Positions 7,217 to 15,721 of a DNA stretch of 35,617 bases are shown here, piece after piece (position 1 is the first letter of the stretch; each line of letters begins with the position of its first letter). Position numbers and translations under genes: made by a program. Under the pieces are notes generated by a model that worked only from the letters and a program-made list of their open reading frames with translations, ran no database searches and was not told the DNA's origin. The stretch lies in the IMG/VR virus record IMGVR_UViG_3300045988_165698; one strand, written 5' to 3'. This stretch comes from a virus.

Positions 7217-7245
7217 ATAATAACATATATGTAATAGACAGTCAA
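7217..7245 (-). promoter_or_regulatory. Sigma-A type promoter for the tRNA-like gene
   Basis: Minus strand TTGACT (7245-7240), 17 nt, TATTAT (7222-7217), 6 nt before tRNA nucleotide 1. Confidence 0.7.
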
Positions 7246-7298
7246 GAAAAGAGGAGAAAGATGTATAAATTAAAAGAAGGTAAAAAATTAAGAGAGGA

Positions 7299-7772
7299 GT
7301 GATACATGTGACAGAACTTAAAAAATTAGAACAAGAGTTAAGTGAGAAAGAAAAAATCTTTGATGAAAGATATATTTCAGGCAAAGGCGATTATTTATCA
7401 GAAGAAGCAGAAAAAATGAGCCATGATATTTGGAGATTACGCTCTAAGATAGCAGACTTAAAAGAGAAAAAGGAGAAAACAGCAGACGAACTTTTTGAAG
7501 AGCTAGGATATGAAAAATATGATAACCACCCAGAGCAAGACTTCCCTCCAGAACCTAATATGTTTACCACACAAGATGTTAGGCGTTTGTATTATGAGCA
7601 GACAGGTGTATTAGAGAATGGAATGAAAGGTTTAGAACATATAGAATTTGATTTGATAAAAAGGAATGTTGTTTGTTGGGCAAGAATAAATGGAAGATTT
7701 ACAATCGTACCCCTAAGCATAAAGGAACTACAAGCAATAAATAAAAAATGTGAAGAATTGGGGTGGATATAG
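7299..7772 (+). CDS. Unknown early/middle phage protein
   Basis: 157-aa ORF with coiled-coil-like N-terminus; start may be the internal GTG (VTELKKLEQ). Confidence 0.6.
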   Translation: MIHVTELKKLEQELSEKEKIFDERYISGKGDYLSEEAEKMSHDIWRLRSKIADLKEKKEKTADELFEELGYEKYDNHPEQDFPPEPNMFTTQDVRRLYYEQTGVLENGMKGLEHIEFDLIKRNVVCWARINGRFTIVPLSIKELQAINKKCEELGWI

Positions 7773-8008
7773 TGAAAACAGCTGACGATATATTTACTTT
7801 TCGAGAAAGAATAATAAAAAAAGTAGTAAAGAAAGACGATGAACATACAAAACAAGTTATAAAAGATTATTTCGTTAAAAAATATCCAAAAGAAAATTTA
7901 AAATTTGATTTTTTAGACGAAGAAATAGTCGATGAAATTATAAGATTAGGAATAACAGAATATCAAAGTAGACAAGCTTTAGGAGGTGTTTTAAGTGAAA
8001 GAAAATGA
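7763..8008 (+). CDS. Unknown phage protein
   Basis: ORF overlapping neighbours in an operon. Confidence 0.5.
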   Translation: MDIVKTADDIFTFRERIIKKVVKKDDEHTKQVIKDYFVKKYPKENLKFDFLDEEIVDEIIRLGITEYQSRQALGGVLSERK

Positions 8009-8297
8009 CCTTATAGTACTATTGCAAAAATGTTTAAATGTGCCTAAATTGGCATTTGGAGCTAATACAGTGGAGCCATATAAAGAGTTGCAATATATAA
8101 CAGAAAAGGCAGATTATATTTTATATTTACAAAGTATATATTTAATAAATAAGAATAATCTTAAAATTTATAAAAATGATGAAGAAACTATACAAAATAT
8201 AAAAGAGAACATAAGCAGAATATCAGAAAAAATAAAGGAAAAATGCCAAGAGTTAGAAGAGTTTTTCGACAAAAGGGTAAAAGAGGGGTGGAATTAA
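7995..8297 (+). CDS. Unknown phage protein
   Basis: ORF overlapping the preceding gene. Confidence 0.5.
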   Translation: MKENDLIVLLQKCLNVPKLAFGANTVEPYKELQYITEKADYILYLQSIYLINKNNLKIYKNDEETIQNIKENISRISEKIKEKCQELEEFFDKRVKEGWN

Positions 8298-9005
8298 GTG
8301 AAAAAAAATAGTATAGAAGAAGATATAAAAAATGCAGAACATTTTATAAAATCTATAAAAACAGATAAAGAGTATAAAGAAGAAAATGGCTGGCATGGAT
8401 ATTACAATAAAGAAATTGTAGAGCTTGCTAGAATATTGCAGCATATTTTATCAGATTATAAAAGAGTATTAAAAGAGAATGAAGAATTAAAATACAAAGT
8501 AGAAGGACAGGAATGTGTAATAGAGACACAAGCACATAATGAAGAAGTTTATGAAAGAATATTTAAGAGATTAGAGAAAGAAAATGAAGAATTAAAACAA
8601 GATAAAAACCATAATTATCAAATGATAGCATTGGTACAAAATGAAATGTTAGGATATATGCAAGGATATGAAGATGGTAAGAAATTAAATAGAAGTGCTG
8701 TTGCATATATAGTAGAAAATCAACAGTATTATATATTAAACAAACAAATTGAACATTATAAAGAATATATAAAAAAACTACAAAAAGAAAATGAAGAATA
8801 CTCAAAACAATTAGATTTAGACTATGTAGATAAGAATTATATTTCAAAGAAAAAAATAGAAGATACAATAGAAGAATTGAAAGGTAAATTAGAAGATATA
8901 TCTAAACGAAGAGAAAAATCAAAAACTAAAGAAGAAGAAACTGTATTATTGTGTTTAGAGATTAGAACTGATGAAAGAATAAAAACATTACAAGAATTAT
9001 TATAA
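8298..9005 (+). CDS. Unknown coiled-coil phage protein
   Basis: 235 aa, strongly Glu/Lys-rich helical repeats. Confidence 0.6.
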   Translation: MKKNSIEEDIKNAEHFIKSIKTDKEYKEENGWHGYYNKEIVELARILQHILSDYKRVLKENEELKYKVEGQECVIETQAHNEEVYERIFKRLEKENEELKQDKNHNYQMIALVQNEMLGYMQGYEDGKKLNRSAVAYIVENQQYYILNKQIEHYKEYIKKLQKENEEYSKQLDLDYVDKNYISKKKIEDTIEELKGKLEDISKRREKSKTKEEETVLLCLEIRTDERIKTLQELL

Positions 9006-9049
9006 ATTACAAAATAAACAAAAAAAGTAAAGTTTATATAAAAAATTAA

Positions 9050-9304
9050 GTGAAGTTCTCAAAAACAAGTACAAAATGTATTGAATTTGAAAAAGAAAGA
9101 GGAAAACATATGAAGATACCAAGAGTTGTAATAAAGAATAAACAAGAATATGAGTTTGTAAAAAGAAACAATACAACAACGTTTCTATATAAAAATAAGA
9201 AATATGGATTCAAAGAAACATTTACATTGTATCAATTGGGAGTTATTAAAGAGGAGGTTAGTCCGGATAAGAAGAGCGTGCATCCAGAAAATGTAAAGAT
9301 ATAA
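9050..9304 (+). CDS. Unknown phage protein
   Basis: 84-aa ORF; actual start may be the internal ATG at MKIPRVV after GAGGAAA. Confidence 0.45.
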   Translation: MKFSKTSTKCIEFEKERGKHMKIPRVVIKNKQEYEFVKRNNTTTFLYKNKKYGFKETFTLYQLGVIKEEVSPDKKSVHPENVKI

Positions 9305-9319
9305 ATATAGGAGGTACAA

Positions 9320-9730
9320 ATGAAACTTAGTAAAGAAGAATACAAAGAAGCAAAAGGGTGCTTAAAGAGATATAATTACAATCAAATTAAGTTGATGAAT
9401 ATAAGAGATGATATAATGAGTTTATGTGCAGTAGATGTAGATGGAATGCCAAAAGCTCCATACTCAACATCAGATAGAGTATTAGACAGTGTTATTAAGC
9501 TACAAGAAGATTCAAATATTAAGGAAGCATCAAAAGAAATAAAGATTGTGAATCAAGCAATAGAGCTAATCAGCAAGAATGCAAAATACATATTTAAACA
9601 TCAATATCAACTAGGACAAGATAAGTGGGACATCATAAATGAAGGTATGTCAGAAGGAACATATAAGCGTAGACATAGCGAGCTTGTGTATGCAGTACAT
9701 AAAGAAATAAAAAAAGTGAGCCAAAAGTGA
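9320..9730 (+). CDS. ArpU/sigma-like late regulator (tentative)
   Basis: Length and position immediately before late region; C-terminal NEGMSEGTYKRRHSELVYAVHKEI resembles an HTH. Confidence 0.5.
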   Translation: MKLSKEEYKEAKGCLKRYNYNQIKLMNIRDDIMSLCAVDVDGMPKAPYSTSDRVLDSVIKLQEDSNIKEASKEIKIVNQAIELISKNAKYIFKHQYQLGQDKWDIINEGMSEGTYKRRHSELVYAVHKEIKKVSQK

Positions 9731-9753
9731 GACAAAAATGAGACTTTTTTGTC
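9731..9753. promoter_or_regulatory. Inverted repeat ahead of a TATAAT-like box
   Basis: GACAAAAA-tgagact-TTTTTGTC; TATAAT at 9766-9771. Confidence 0.4.
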
Positions 9754-9810
9754 AAAAAAACGTGTTATAATTGTATCGTGGATAGATAGGTAAGACTATA
9801 TAAACAGAAA

Positions 9811-9833
9811 AGGGCTAACAAAAAGTTGGCTCT
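9811..9833 (+). terminator. RNA hairpin, possible terminator or leader element
   Basis: AGGGCTAAC-AAAAA-GTTGGCTCT, 9 bp including G-U pairs. Confidence 0.35.
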
Positions 9834-9892
9834 TTCGACGTATTTCGACAACATTTGCAAAATAGATCATATATAATATCTTTGAGAAGGAG

Positions 9893-10522
9893 GTGTTATA
9901 TATGACGTACGACATTACAACAGTTGAAAATGCAAAAAAGACTTTAAAAAATATAAGAAAAAGATGGCCAAATACTAAATTAGAGGAAATTGACTATTCA
10001 GATTTTGACTTCGTTTTAGAACACATAACTAGCAATATGGACGAATGTAAAGATATAAAATTATATGGATTAAAAACGCTAAAAGAATTGATAGAAGAAA
10101 ATAATAGCATTATAGATTTTGGCATTAAAGGAAGCACTAAGAGTCAAGAAGAGATAAAAAAATGTATTGAACATTGTAAGAAATATGATAATAAAATAAG
10201 TACTTTTTTTTCATATGAAGATGGGAAATATCAATATAAAGATAATTTGACTAAGGGGCCAGAAATATTCAATCAAAGTAAATTACCGTTAAGCTGTGCT
10301 GCAAGACAAGAGTGGGAGAAAAGATCAAAGGCTTTTAAAATAACTATTATTGCAAAATATAATGAAATAAATTTCTTAACTGGCGGAGAAAAGACTGTGA
10401 GCGAAAAATTGGCTGAAAATTTAATAAATAAAACTCGAAACGAAAAAATAAAATATTGTATAGCAGAATTAAAAAATAAAATAGAACCTAACAGATTGAT
10501 TATAGAAGAAATAAAAAAATAA
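9893..10522 (+). CDS. Unknown phage protein, 209 aa
   Basis: Long ORF with GAAGGAGGTG SD. Confidence 0.65.
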   Translation: MLYMTYDITTVENAKKTLKNIRKRWPNTKLEEIDYSDFDFVLEHITSNMDECKDIKLYGLKTLKELIEENNSIIDFGIKGSTKSQEEIKKCIEHCKKYDNKISTFFSYEDGKYQYKDNLTKGPEIFNQSKLPLSCAARQEWEKRSKAFKITIIAKYNEINFLTGGEKTVSEKLAENLINKTRNEKIKYCIAELKNKIEPNRLIIEEIKK

Positions 10523-10580
10523 TTAAAGAGCTTATCAAACGATAGGCTCTATTATTTATGAAAAAGGGGAGAAAATAGAT

Positions 10581-10871
10581 ATGAAATTAATGATAAGTCA
10601 ACCAATGAGAGGTAAAACCAATGAACAGATAAGAGCAGAAAGAGCTGAACTAATATTGAAGTTGGAGGCAGAAGGACATGAAGTGGTAGATACAGTATTT
10701 GAAAATGCACCAGCAGATGAAGATGTAGCAATATATATGCTATCTCAATCAATTAGATACATAGGAAAAGTAGATGGTGTAGTATTTATGCCTGGATGGG
10801 CAAATGCAAGAGGATGCAGAATAGAACATCAGGTTGCAGAAGAATACGGGAAATTTATAAGAACAATTTAG
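10581..10871 (+). CDS. DUF4406-like protein (nucleoside 2-deoxyribosyltransferase-like fold)
   Basis: MKLMISQPMRGKTNEQIRAER...DGVVFMPGWANARGCRIEHQVAEEYGK. Confidence 0.8.
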   Translation: MKLMISQPMRGKTNEQIRAERAELILKLEAEGHEVVDTVFENAPADEDVAIYMLSQSIRYIGKVDGVVFMPGWANARGCRIEHQVAEEYGKFIRTI

Positions 10872-10874
10872 TTA

Positions 10875-10903
10875 TTAACGGATACTAGATAAATTAATAT
10901 AAA
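10875..10903 (+). promoter_or_regulatory. Promoter in front of the structured intergenic region
   Basis: TTAACG, 17 nt, TATAAA. Confidence 0.5.
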
Positions 10904-10904
10904 T

Positions 10905-11154
10905 AATTCCAAAATCCTTATTTATCCTTTGGTAATTCATATAAAATGTAAGGCGATTCTAGTTTAAACTTTACCCTTTTGTGCATTAGGAAATATAAAT
11001 AGAAATGTACTAAGCTTTTAAGGTAGTAGGCTAAAATGTACTACCTTATATAGTAAGCAGTGATATAACATAAAATGCGAGTTAATAGAAAGTAAAGATG
11101 TTAGACATCTCTGAATATTAATAAGTATATATTTTATAATTATATCATTGCTTA
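10905..11154 (+). ncRNA. Candidate structured RNA or long leader of the late operon
   Basis: Helices AATTCCAAA/TTTGGtAATT, TAAGGTAGTA/TACTACCTTA (10 bp perfect), TAAGCAGTGATATAA/TTATATCATTGCTTA (15 bp, one G-U) enclosing AGATGT-TAG-ACATCT; no long ORF. Confidence 0.6.
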
Positions 11155-11218
11155 GTGTATGTAAAAATACGAATGAGGAGTTGCTGTAATTTGTTTAATT
11201 ACAACAGATAGTCAAGTT

Positions 11219-11368
11219 ATGAAAGAAAAGTTTAATTTTTTTAATTGTATGAAATATAGATGTGAACAATGCAAATATAACAGTAGATGTGAAAAAGAAG
11301 AAATAAACTATGAAAAAATACATAACAAAGTGGCAAATATAAAAGCAAATAGTGTAAATAAAAAGTAG
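11219..11368 (+). CDS. Small Cys-rich protein
   Basis: MKEKFNFFNCMKYRCEQCKYNSRCEKEEINYEKIHNKVANIKANSVNKK*; stop immediately precedes the terminase small ORF; frame is also open upstream. Confidence 0.45.
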   Translation: MKEKFNFFNCMKYRCEQCKYNSRCEKEEINYEKIHNKVANIKANSVNKK

Positions 11369-11797
11369 GTGTTTAATGTGCAGTTTTATAATGAGAATAT
11401 TGGAGAAGAAAAACTAAAACAAGAATATTTACAAGCTAATTCTAGATGTAAATATAAGACACCAGATGAGTTGCAAGCTAGAGTAGAAGAATATTTTGGT
11501 ATGGCTTTTCAAGAACATAGGCCATATACCATATCTGGACTAGCCATATATTTAGGATTGTCTACCGAAACATTAAGAAGATACGAAAAATTATATGGTG
11601 ATACTGAATATGCAGAAATAATCAAGGTTGCCAAACAACGAGTTGAAGAATACGCAGAAAAATCTTTATATGATTCAGGAAAAACATCTGGAGCTAAATT
11701 TGTTTTAGAGAATAATTTTGGGTGGTCTAGTAAGCAAGATGTAAACTTATCTGGGGAGATAACTGAAAAGGTTGTAAAATTAGAAGATGTATTATGA
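11369..11797 (+). CDS. terS: Phage terminase small subunit
   Basis: HTH region YTISGLAIYLGLSTETLRRYEK, SGAKFVLENNFGWSSKQDVNLSGE typical ending, directly upstream of TerL. Confidence 0.8.
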   Translation: MFNVQFYNENIGEEKLKQEYLQANSRCKYKTPDELQARVEEYFGMAFQEHRPYTISGLAIYLGLSTETLRRYEKLYGDTEYAEIIKVAKQRVEEYAEKSLYDSGKTSGAKFVLENNFGWSSKQDVNLSGEITEKVVKLEDVL

Positions 11798-13617
11798 TTA
11801 AGATAACAGCTGATTTTTTAATAGATAGAAGAAAGATTCAATGGGATACCCATCATGACATAAAAAAAGATGATAGGTTTGTTTTAGGCGTTGCTTATGA
11901 ATTGACACATAATGAAACTTTAAGGGAAGAGATAATTGATAACCCAGAAAAATTAATAGAACTATGTTTTACTGTTGTTGATAAGGAAAAGAAGGTAGTT
12001 CCTTTTTTTCTGAATGAAGTTCAACATGAGTTTATAAATATTCTGAATAAGGCCATAGAAGATTACGAGCAAGGGTTGATTACATCAATATCATTGCTAG
12101 TATTAAAGGGAAGACAACAAGGTTTTACAACATTAATAACTGCGTATCAATTAGCAGCTACTATAACGAGGCATAATTTTGAAGGTTTAACACTAGCTGA
12201 CAAGAGTAGTAATACAGAGGCTATTTTTCAAAATAAGGCTAAATTTATGTATAATAGATTACCAGAAATGATTAAGCCCACTGAAAAATATAACTCAAAA
12301 AGACAGTTATTGTTTGATAAATTAAATAGTAGTTGGAGTGTTGATACTGCAACTAAAGAAGTTGGTCGTTCAAGGACAATCAACTTCTTTCATGGCTCTG
12401 AATGTGCGTTTTGGAAAGATGGAATATCAAAGATACAAGCGTCTTTAGGAGAAACATTTACACAAAATGCAATAAAAATATATGAAACTACTGCAAATGG
12501 TTTCAATGATTATAGAGAAATGTGGAAATCAGGACAGCATATAAATTGTTTCTTTGAATGGTGGAAAACAAGAGAATACAGATTGAACTTTGAAACCAAA
12601 AATATGAGGACTAAGTTCTTAAATGATATTGATAGAAAGAAAGGTATATGGATATATGACAGGTTAAGATGGCTAAGAGATGAAAAAGTATTAGATGAAA
12701 ATCAATTATACTGGTACTATAAAAAATATCAAGGGTATATAGATAAAGAAGTAATTAAACAAGAGTATCCTTGTACGCCAGATGAAGCTTTTATTGCTTC
12801 TGGAAAATGTTATTTTAACACAGAAACAGTAATAAAACGAATTGATCAGTTAGAACACCAAGAAAACAATGGAATACTGGATGTAGGATATTTTAAATAT
12901 GACTTGGTTGTAAAGAATAACAAAAAGAAAATTATAAATATCCGATGGATTAGTGATAAAGGTGGATTTATAAAGATATATAAGAAACCTAATAAAGGTG
13001 TTCCATATGTACTAGGTGGAGATACTGCAGGAGACGGTTCAGATAATTTTACTGGTGTTGTAATAGATAACACTAATGGAAAGACTGTAGCGGTATTGAA
13101 ACATGAAAAAAACGAAACATTTTATACAAGGCAAATGTATTGTTTAGGAATTTACTATAATACTGCATTAATAGGAATAGAAACTAATTTTAGTACGTAT
13201 CCGAATAAAGTATTAGAGGAAGAATATGAATATCCTAATTTATATGTAAGAGAAAAAGAAGATGATTATACAGGCAAATTAGAGAAAAGGTATGGATTTA
13301 GAACTGATAGAAATACAAGACCACTAATACTTGCAGAATTGCAAAGAATAATAAATGAAGAGCCAGAGTCGATAACAGATATTGAAATATTTAAAGAGGC
13401 TCTTACATTTGTTAAGAATGAAAAAGGCAGACCAGAAGCACAAGAAGGTAGCCATGATGATTTAGTTATGGGAACAGCTATTACATATTACATAAGGGAT
13501 CAACAAAAAACAAGGGTAGAAAATACTCAAAGTGTAGTGAATGAAAATGTATTTTATAGTTTTGACAATGATAAGAAGTTTAAAGAAGATTATGGAGAGA
13601 CTATAGAAGTTATATAA
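11794..13617 (+). CDS. terL: Phage terminase large subunit
   Basis: ATPase region VLKGRQQGFTT and FFHGSECAFW; nuclease region GGDTAGDGSDNFTGVVID and EGSHDDLVMG. Confidence 0.9.
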   Translation: MIKITADFLIDRRKIQWDTHHDIKKDDRFVLGVAYELTHNETLREEIIDNPEKLIELCFTVVDKEKKVVPFFLNEVQHEFINILNKAIEDYEQGLITSISLLVLKGRQQGFTTLITAYQLAATITRHNFEGLTLADKSSNTEAIFQNKAKFMYNRLPEMIKPTEKYNSKRQLLFDKLNSSWSVDTATKEVGRSRTINFFHGSECAFWKDGISKIQASLGETFTQNAIKIYETTANGFNDYREMWKSGQHINCFFEWWKTREYRLNFETKNMRTKFLNDIDRKKGIWIYDRLRWLRDEKVLDENQLYWYYKKYQGYIDKEVIKQEYPCTPDEAFIASGKCYFNTETVIKRIDQLEHQENNGILDVGYFKYDLVVKNNKKKIINIRWISDKGGFIKIYKKPNKGVPYVLGGDTAGDGSDNFTGVVIDNTNGKTVAVLKHEKNETFYTRQMYCLGIYYNTALIGIETNFSTYPNKVLEEEYEYPNLYVREKEDDYTGKLEKRYGFRTDRNTRPLILAELQRIINEEPESITDIEIFKEALTFVKNEKGRPEAQEGSHDDLVMGTAITYYIRDQQKTRVENTQSVVNENVFYSFDNDKKFKEDYGETIEVI

Positions 13618-13637
13618 AATGAAGAAGGAGAACGCCA

Positions 13638-13880
13638 ATGGAAGTGTTGTTAGTGTTAGTTAATGGCTTTTTTATGCTGTTAGCTTTTTATTTAGGAAAA
13701 CATGATAAAGAAGATTTAAATCCAATAAGATACATAGAAAATGTGCAAGATAAAGTAGAAGAACACAAAGAAAAAGTTATAGAAAGAGAATATAAAAAAG
13801 AACAGGAAGCTCAAGAAAAAGCAGAAATATATAACATAGACCACTATGATGGGACAAGCATAGGACAAAAAGATATTTAG
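13638..13880 (+). CDS. Small membrane-anchored phage protein
   Basis: One N-terminal hydrophobic segment; between TerL and portal. Confidence 0.5.
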   Translation: MEVLLVLVNGFFMLLAFYLGKHDKEDLNPIRYIENVQDKVEEHKEKVIEREYKKEQEAQEKAEIYNIDHYDGTSIGQKDI

Positions 13881-13897
13881 CATTAAAGGAGTAAGTT

Positions 13898-15604
13898 ATG
13901 GATTTAAAGGAATTGAAAGAAACGGAAGTATGGCAGCTATACCAAAGAGGCAAGTCGTATCTATATATGATGAATGTATATTCTGATACGGATAAAAATC
14001 ACAGAATGTATAATGGTAATCAATGGGAAGGTCTTAAAATAAAGAGTATAGAGCCAGTACAACTTAATTTTATAAAACCAGTGGTTAAATATAAGGTTGC
14101 TGTAATTAATCAAAACTTATGGGGGATTGTATATAATCCAGATAATTTTGAAGAGGATTTTAGAGACACAGCAAGCCAACTATGTAAGTTACTAAACTTA
14201 AAGGCAGCTAACATATGGGAAAAGGATAGAATGGATATCAAAATAAGAAAGATATCTAAAGAGGCTGCAATAAATGATGAAGCTCCAATGTATTTGAGAT
14301 ATGATAATGATAAAAAAATGCCAATATCTGAAAAAATAAGCAAAAATGATATTTACTATGGAGATGAGAATAATAGTGAGATTCAAACTCAGCCATATAT
14401 TTTAATTAGACAAAGAAAGTCTGTAATTGAAGCGAGAAATCTTGCAGCATCAGAAGGTGTACCAAAAGAAGAGCTAGAAAAAATAATTGGAGATAACCAA
14501 ACTTGGGAAGAAGCTGGAGATCAAGCTAAGTATGAAGTTGATGACAAGGTTACAATTATAACTAAGTTTTATAAGAATAATGGCAAAGTATATTATACTA
14601 TGGCGACAAGGTATTTAGATATTATAAAAGACGAAAATAGTGGTTTAACGAGATATCCTATTGCCCATATGCTATGGGAAGATAAAGAAGGCTCGGCTAG
14701 AGGAGAAGGAGAAGTTAGAAATTTAATTGCAAATCAGATAGAAGTTAATAAAACTCTAATGAGAAGAGCCTTGGTGGCAAAACAGACCGCATATCCTCAA
14801 AAAATTGTTAATGTTGATGCAATAGAGAACCCTAGTGCTGTTGATACCGTTGGAGGAACTATTAAAGTAAAAGGAAAACAAGTTGAAGACGTAAAGAAAA
14901 TGTTTGCCACCACACAACCTATGCAAATGAGTTCAGATGTCGAGTTATTACAAAATGATTTAATAAAAACAACAAGGGAACTTGCAGGTGCTGGAGATAT
15001 TACAACTGGGGCAGTAAATCCAGAAACTGCATCTGGTAAAGCAATACTAGCAGTTCAGAATGCATCACAGCAACCTCTTGTTGAACAAATGGCTTCATTA
15101 AAAGACTTTATAGAACAAATAGCATTAATTTGGCTTGATATGATTATTACATACAACCCTAATGGATTGATATTACAGGATAAAAGTATAAATCAGATAA
15201 CTGGAGAAGAAACTATAACTCCTATAAAAGTAAATGAAGAGGCACTAACAAAACTAAAGGCTTCAGTTAAAATTGATATAACTCCAATTTCTGCATATGA
15301 CAAATATGCACAAGAGCTTAGCATGGAAAATCTGCTTAAGGGTGGTTGGTTTAGTCCACAAAAAATAGGCCAATTAGAAACTTATGTTGAGGCATTACCA
15401 GATAATAGTACAATGCCTAAGCAACAATTACTAGAACTGATAAAGAAAGTAAAGGCAAAACAAGAATATATAGCACAAATACAGGCACAAATGCAGATGC
15501 AGACTCAAAGAGCAAATCAATTTTTGCAAAATGATCCAGATGCACAAGCTTCGCAGATGGCAGAGGCACAACAAAGAATTGATAGTCAATATAATTCAAA
15601 TTAA
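13898..15604 (+). CDS. Portal protein
   Basis: 568 aa, position after TerL, QIEVNKTLMRRALVAKQTAYPQKIV and Gln-rich C-terminus typical of portals. Confidence 0.85.
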   Translation: MDLKELKETEVWQLYQRGKSYLYMMNVYSDTDKNHRMYNGNQWEGLKIKSIEPVQLNFIKPVVKYKVAVINQNLWGIVYNPDNFEEDFRDTASQLCKLLNLKAANIWEKDRMDIKIRKISKEAAINDEAPMYLRYDNDKKMPISEKISKNDIYYGDENNSEIQTQPYILIRQRKSVIEARNLAASEGVPKEELEKIIGDNQTWEEAGDQAKYEVDDKVTIITKFYKNNGKVYYTMATRYLDIIKDENSGLTRYPIAHMLWEDKEGSARGEGEVRNLIANQIEVNKTLMRRALVAKQTAYPQKIVNVDAIENPSAVDTVGGTIKVKGKQVEDVKKMFATTQPMQMSSDVELLQNDLIKTTRELAGAGDITTGAVNPETASGKAILAVQNASQQPLVEQMASLKDFIEQIALIWLDMIITYNPNGLILQDKSINQITGEETITPIKVNEEALTKLKASVKIDITPISAYDKYAQELSMENLLKGGWFSPQKIGQLETYVEALPDNSTMPKQQLLELIKKVKAKQEYIAQIQAQMQMQTQRANQFLQNDPDAQASQMAEAQQRIDSQYNSN

Positions 15605-15721
15605 GTTTCTTAATAATTTAGTAAAGTTATTAAAGGCACACACATATGTGTCTATTTTTTATGCCCAAAACTGCTGAATGGCTTAAAAGGAATGTAGGAA
15701 TTAACAGTCGACAGACTTTAA

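Noticed and set aside
7124-7384. 86-aa minus-strand ORF over the tRNA
   Set aside because: It translates through the tRNA and its promoter; the RNA gene explains this region better.
15627-15662. CACATATGTG palindrome followed by T6 as an internal terminator between portal and scaffold
   Set aside because: The stem is short and weak; without RNA data it is not supportable as a separate feature.
15708-15720. TCGACAGACTTT shared between 15708 and about 35028
   Set aside because: A single 12-mer match across 35 kb is not beyond chance, and no common context was convincing.
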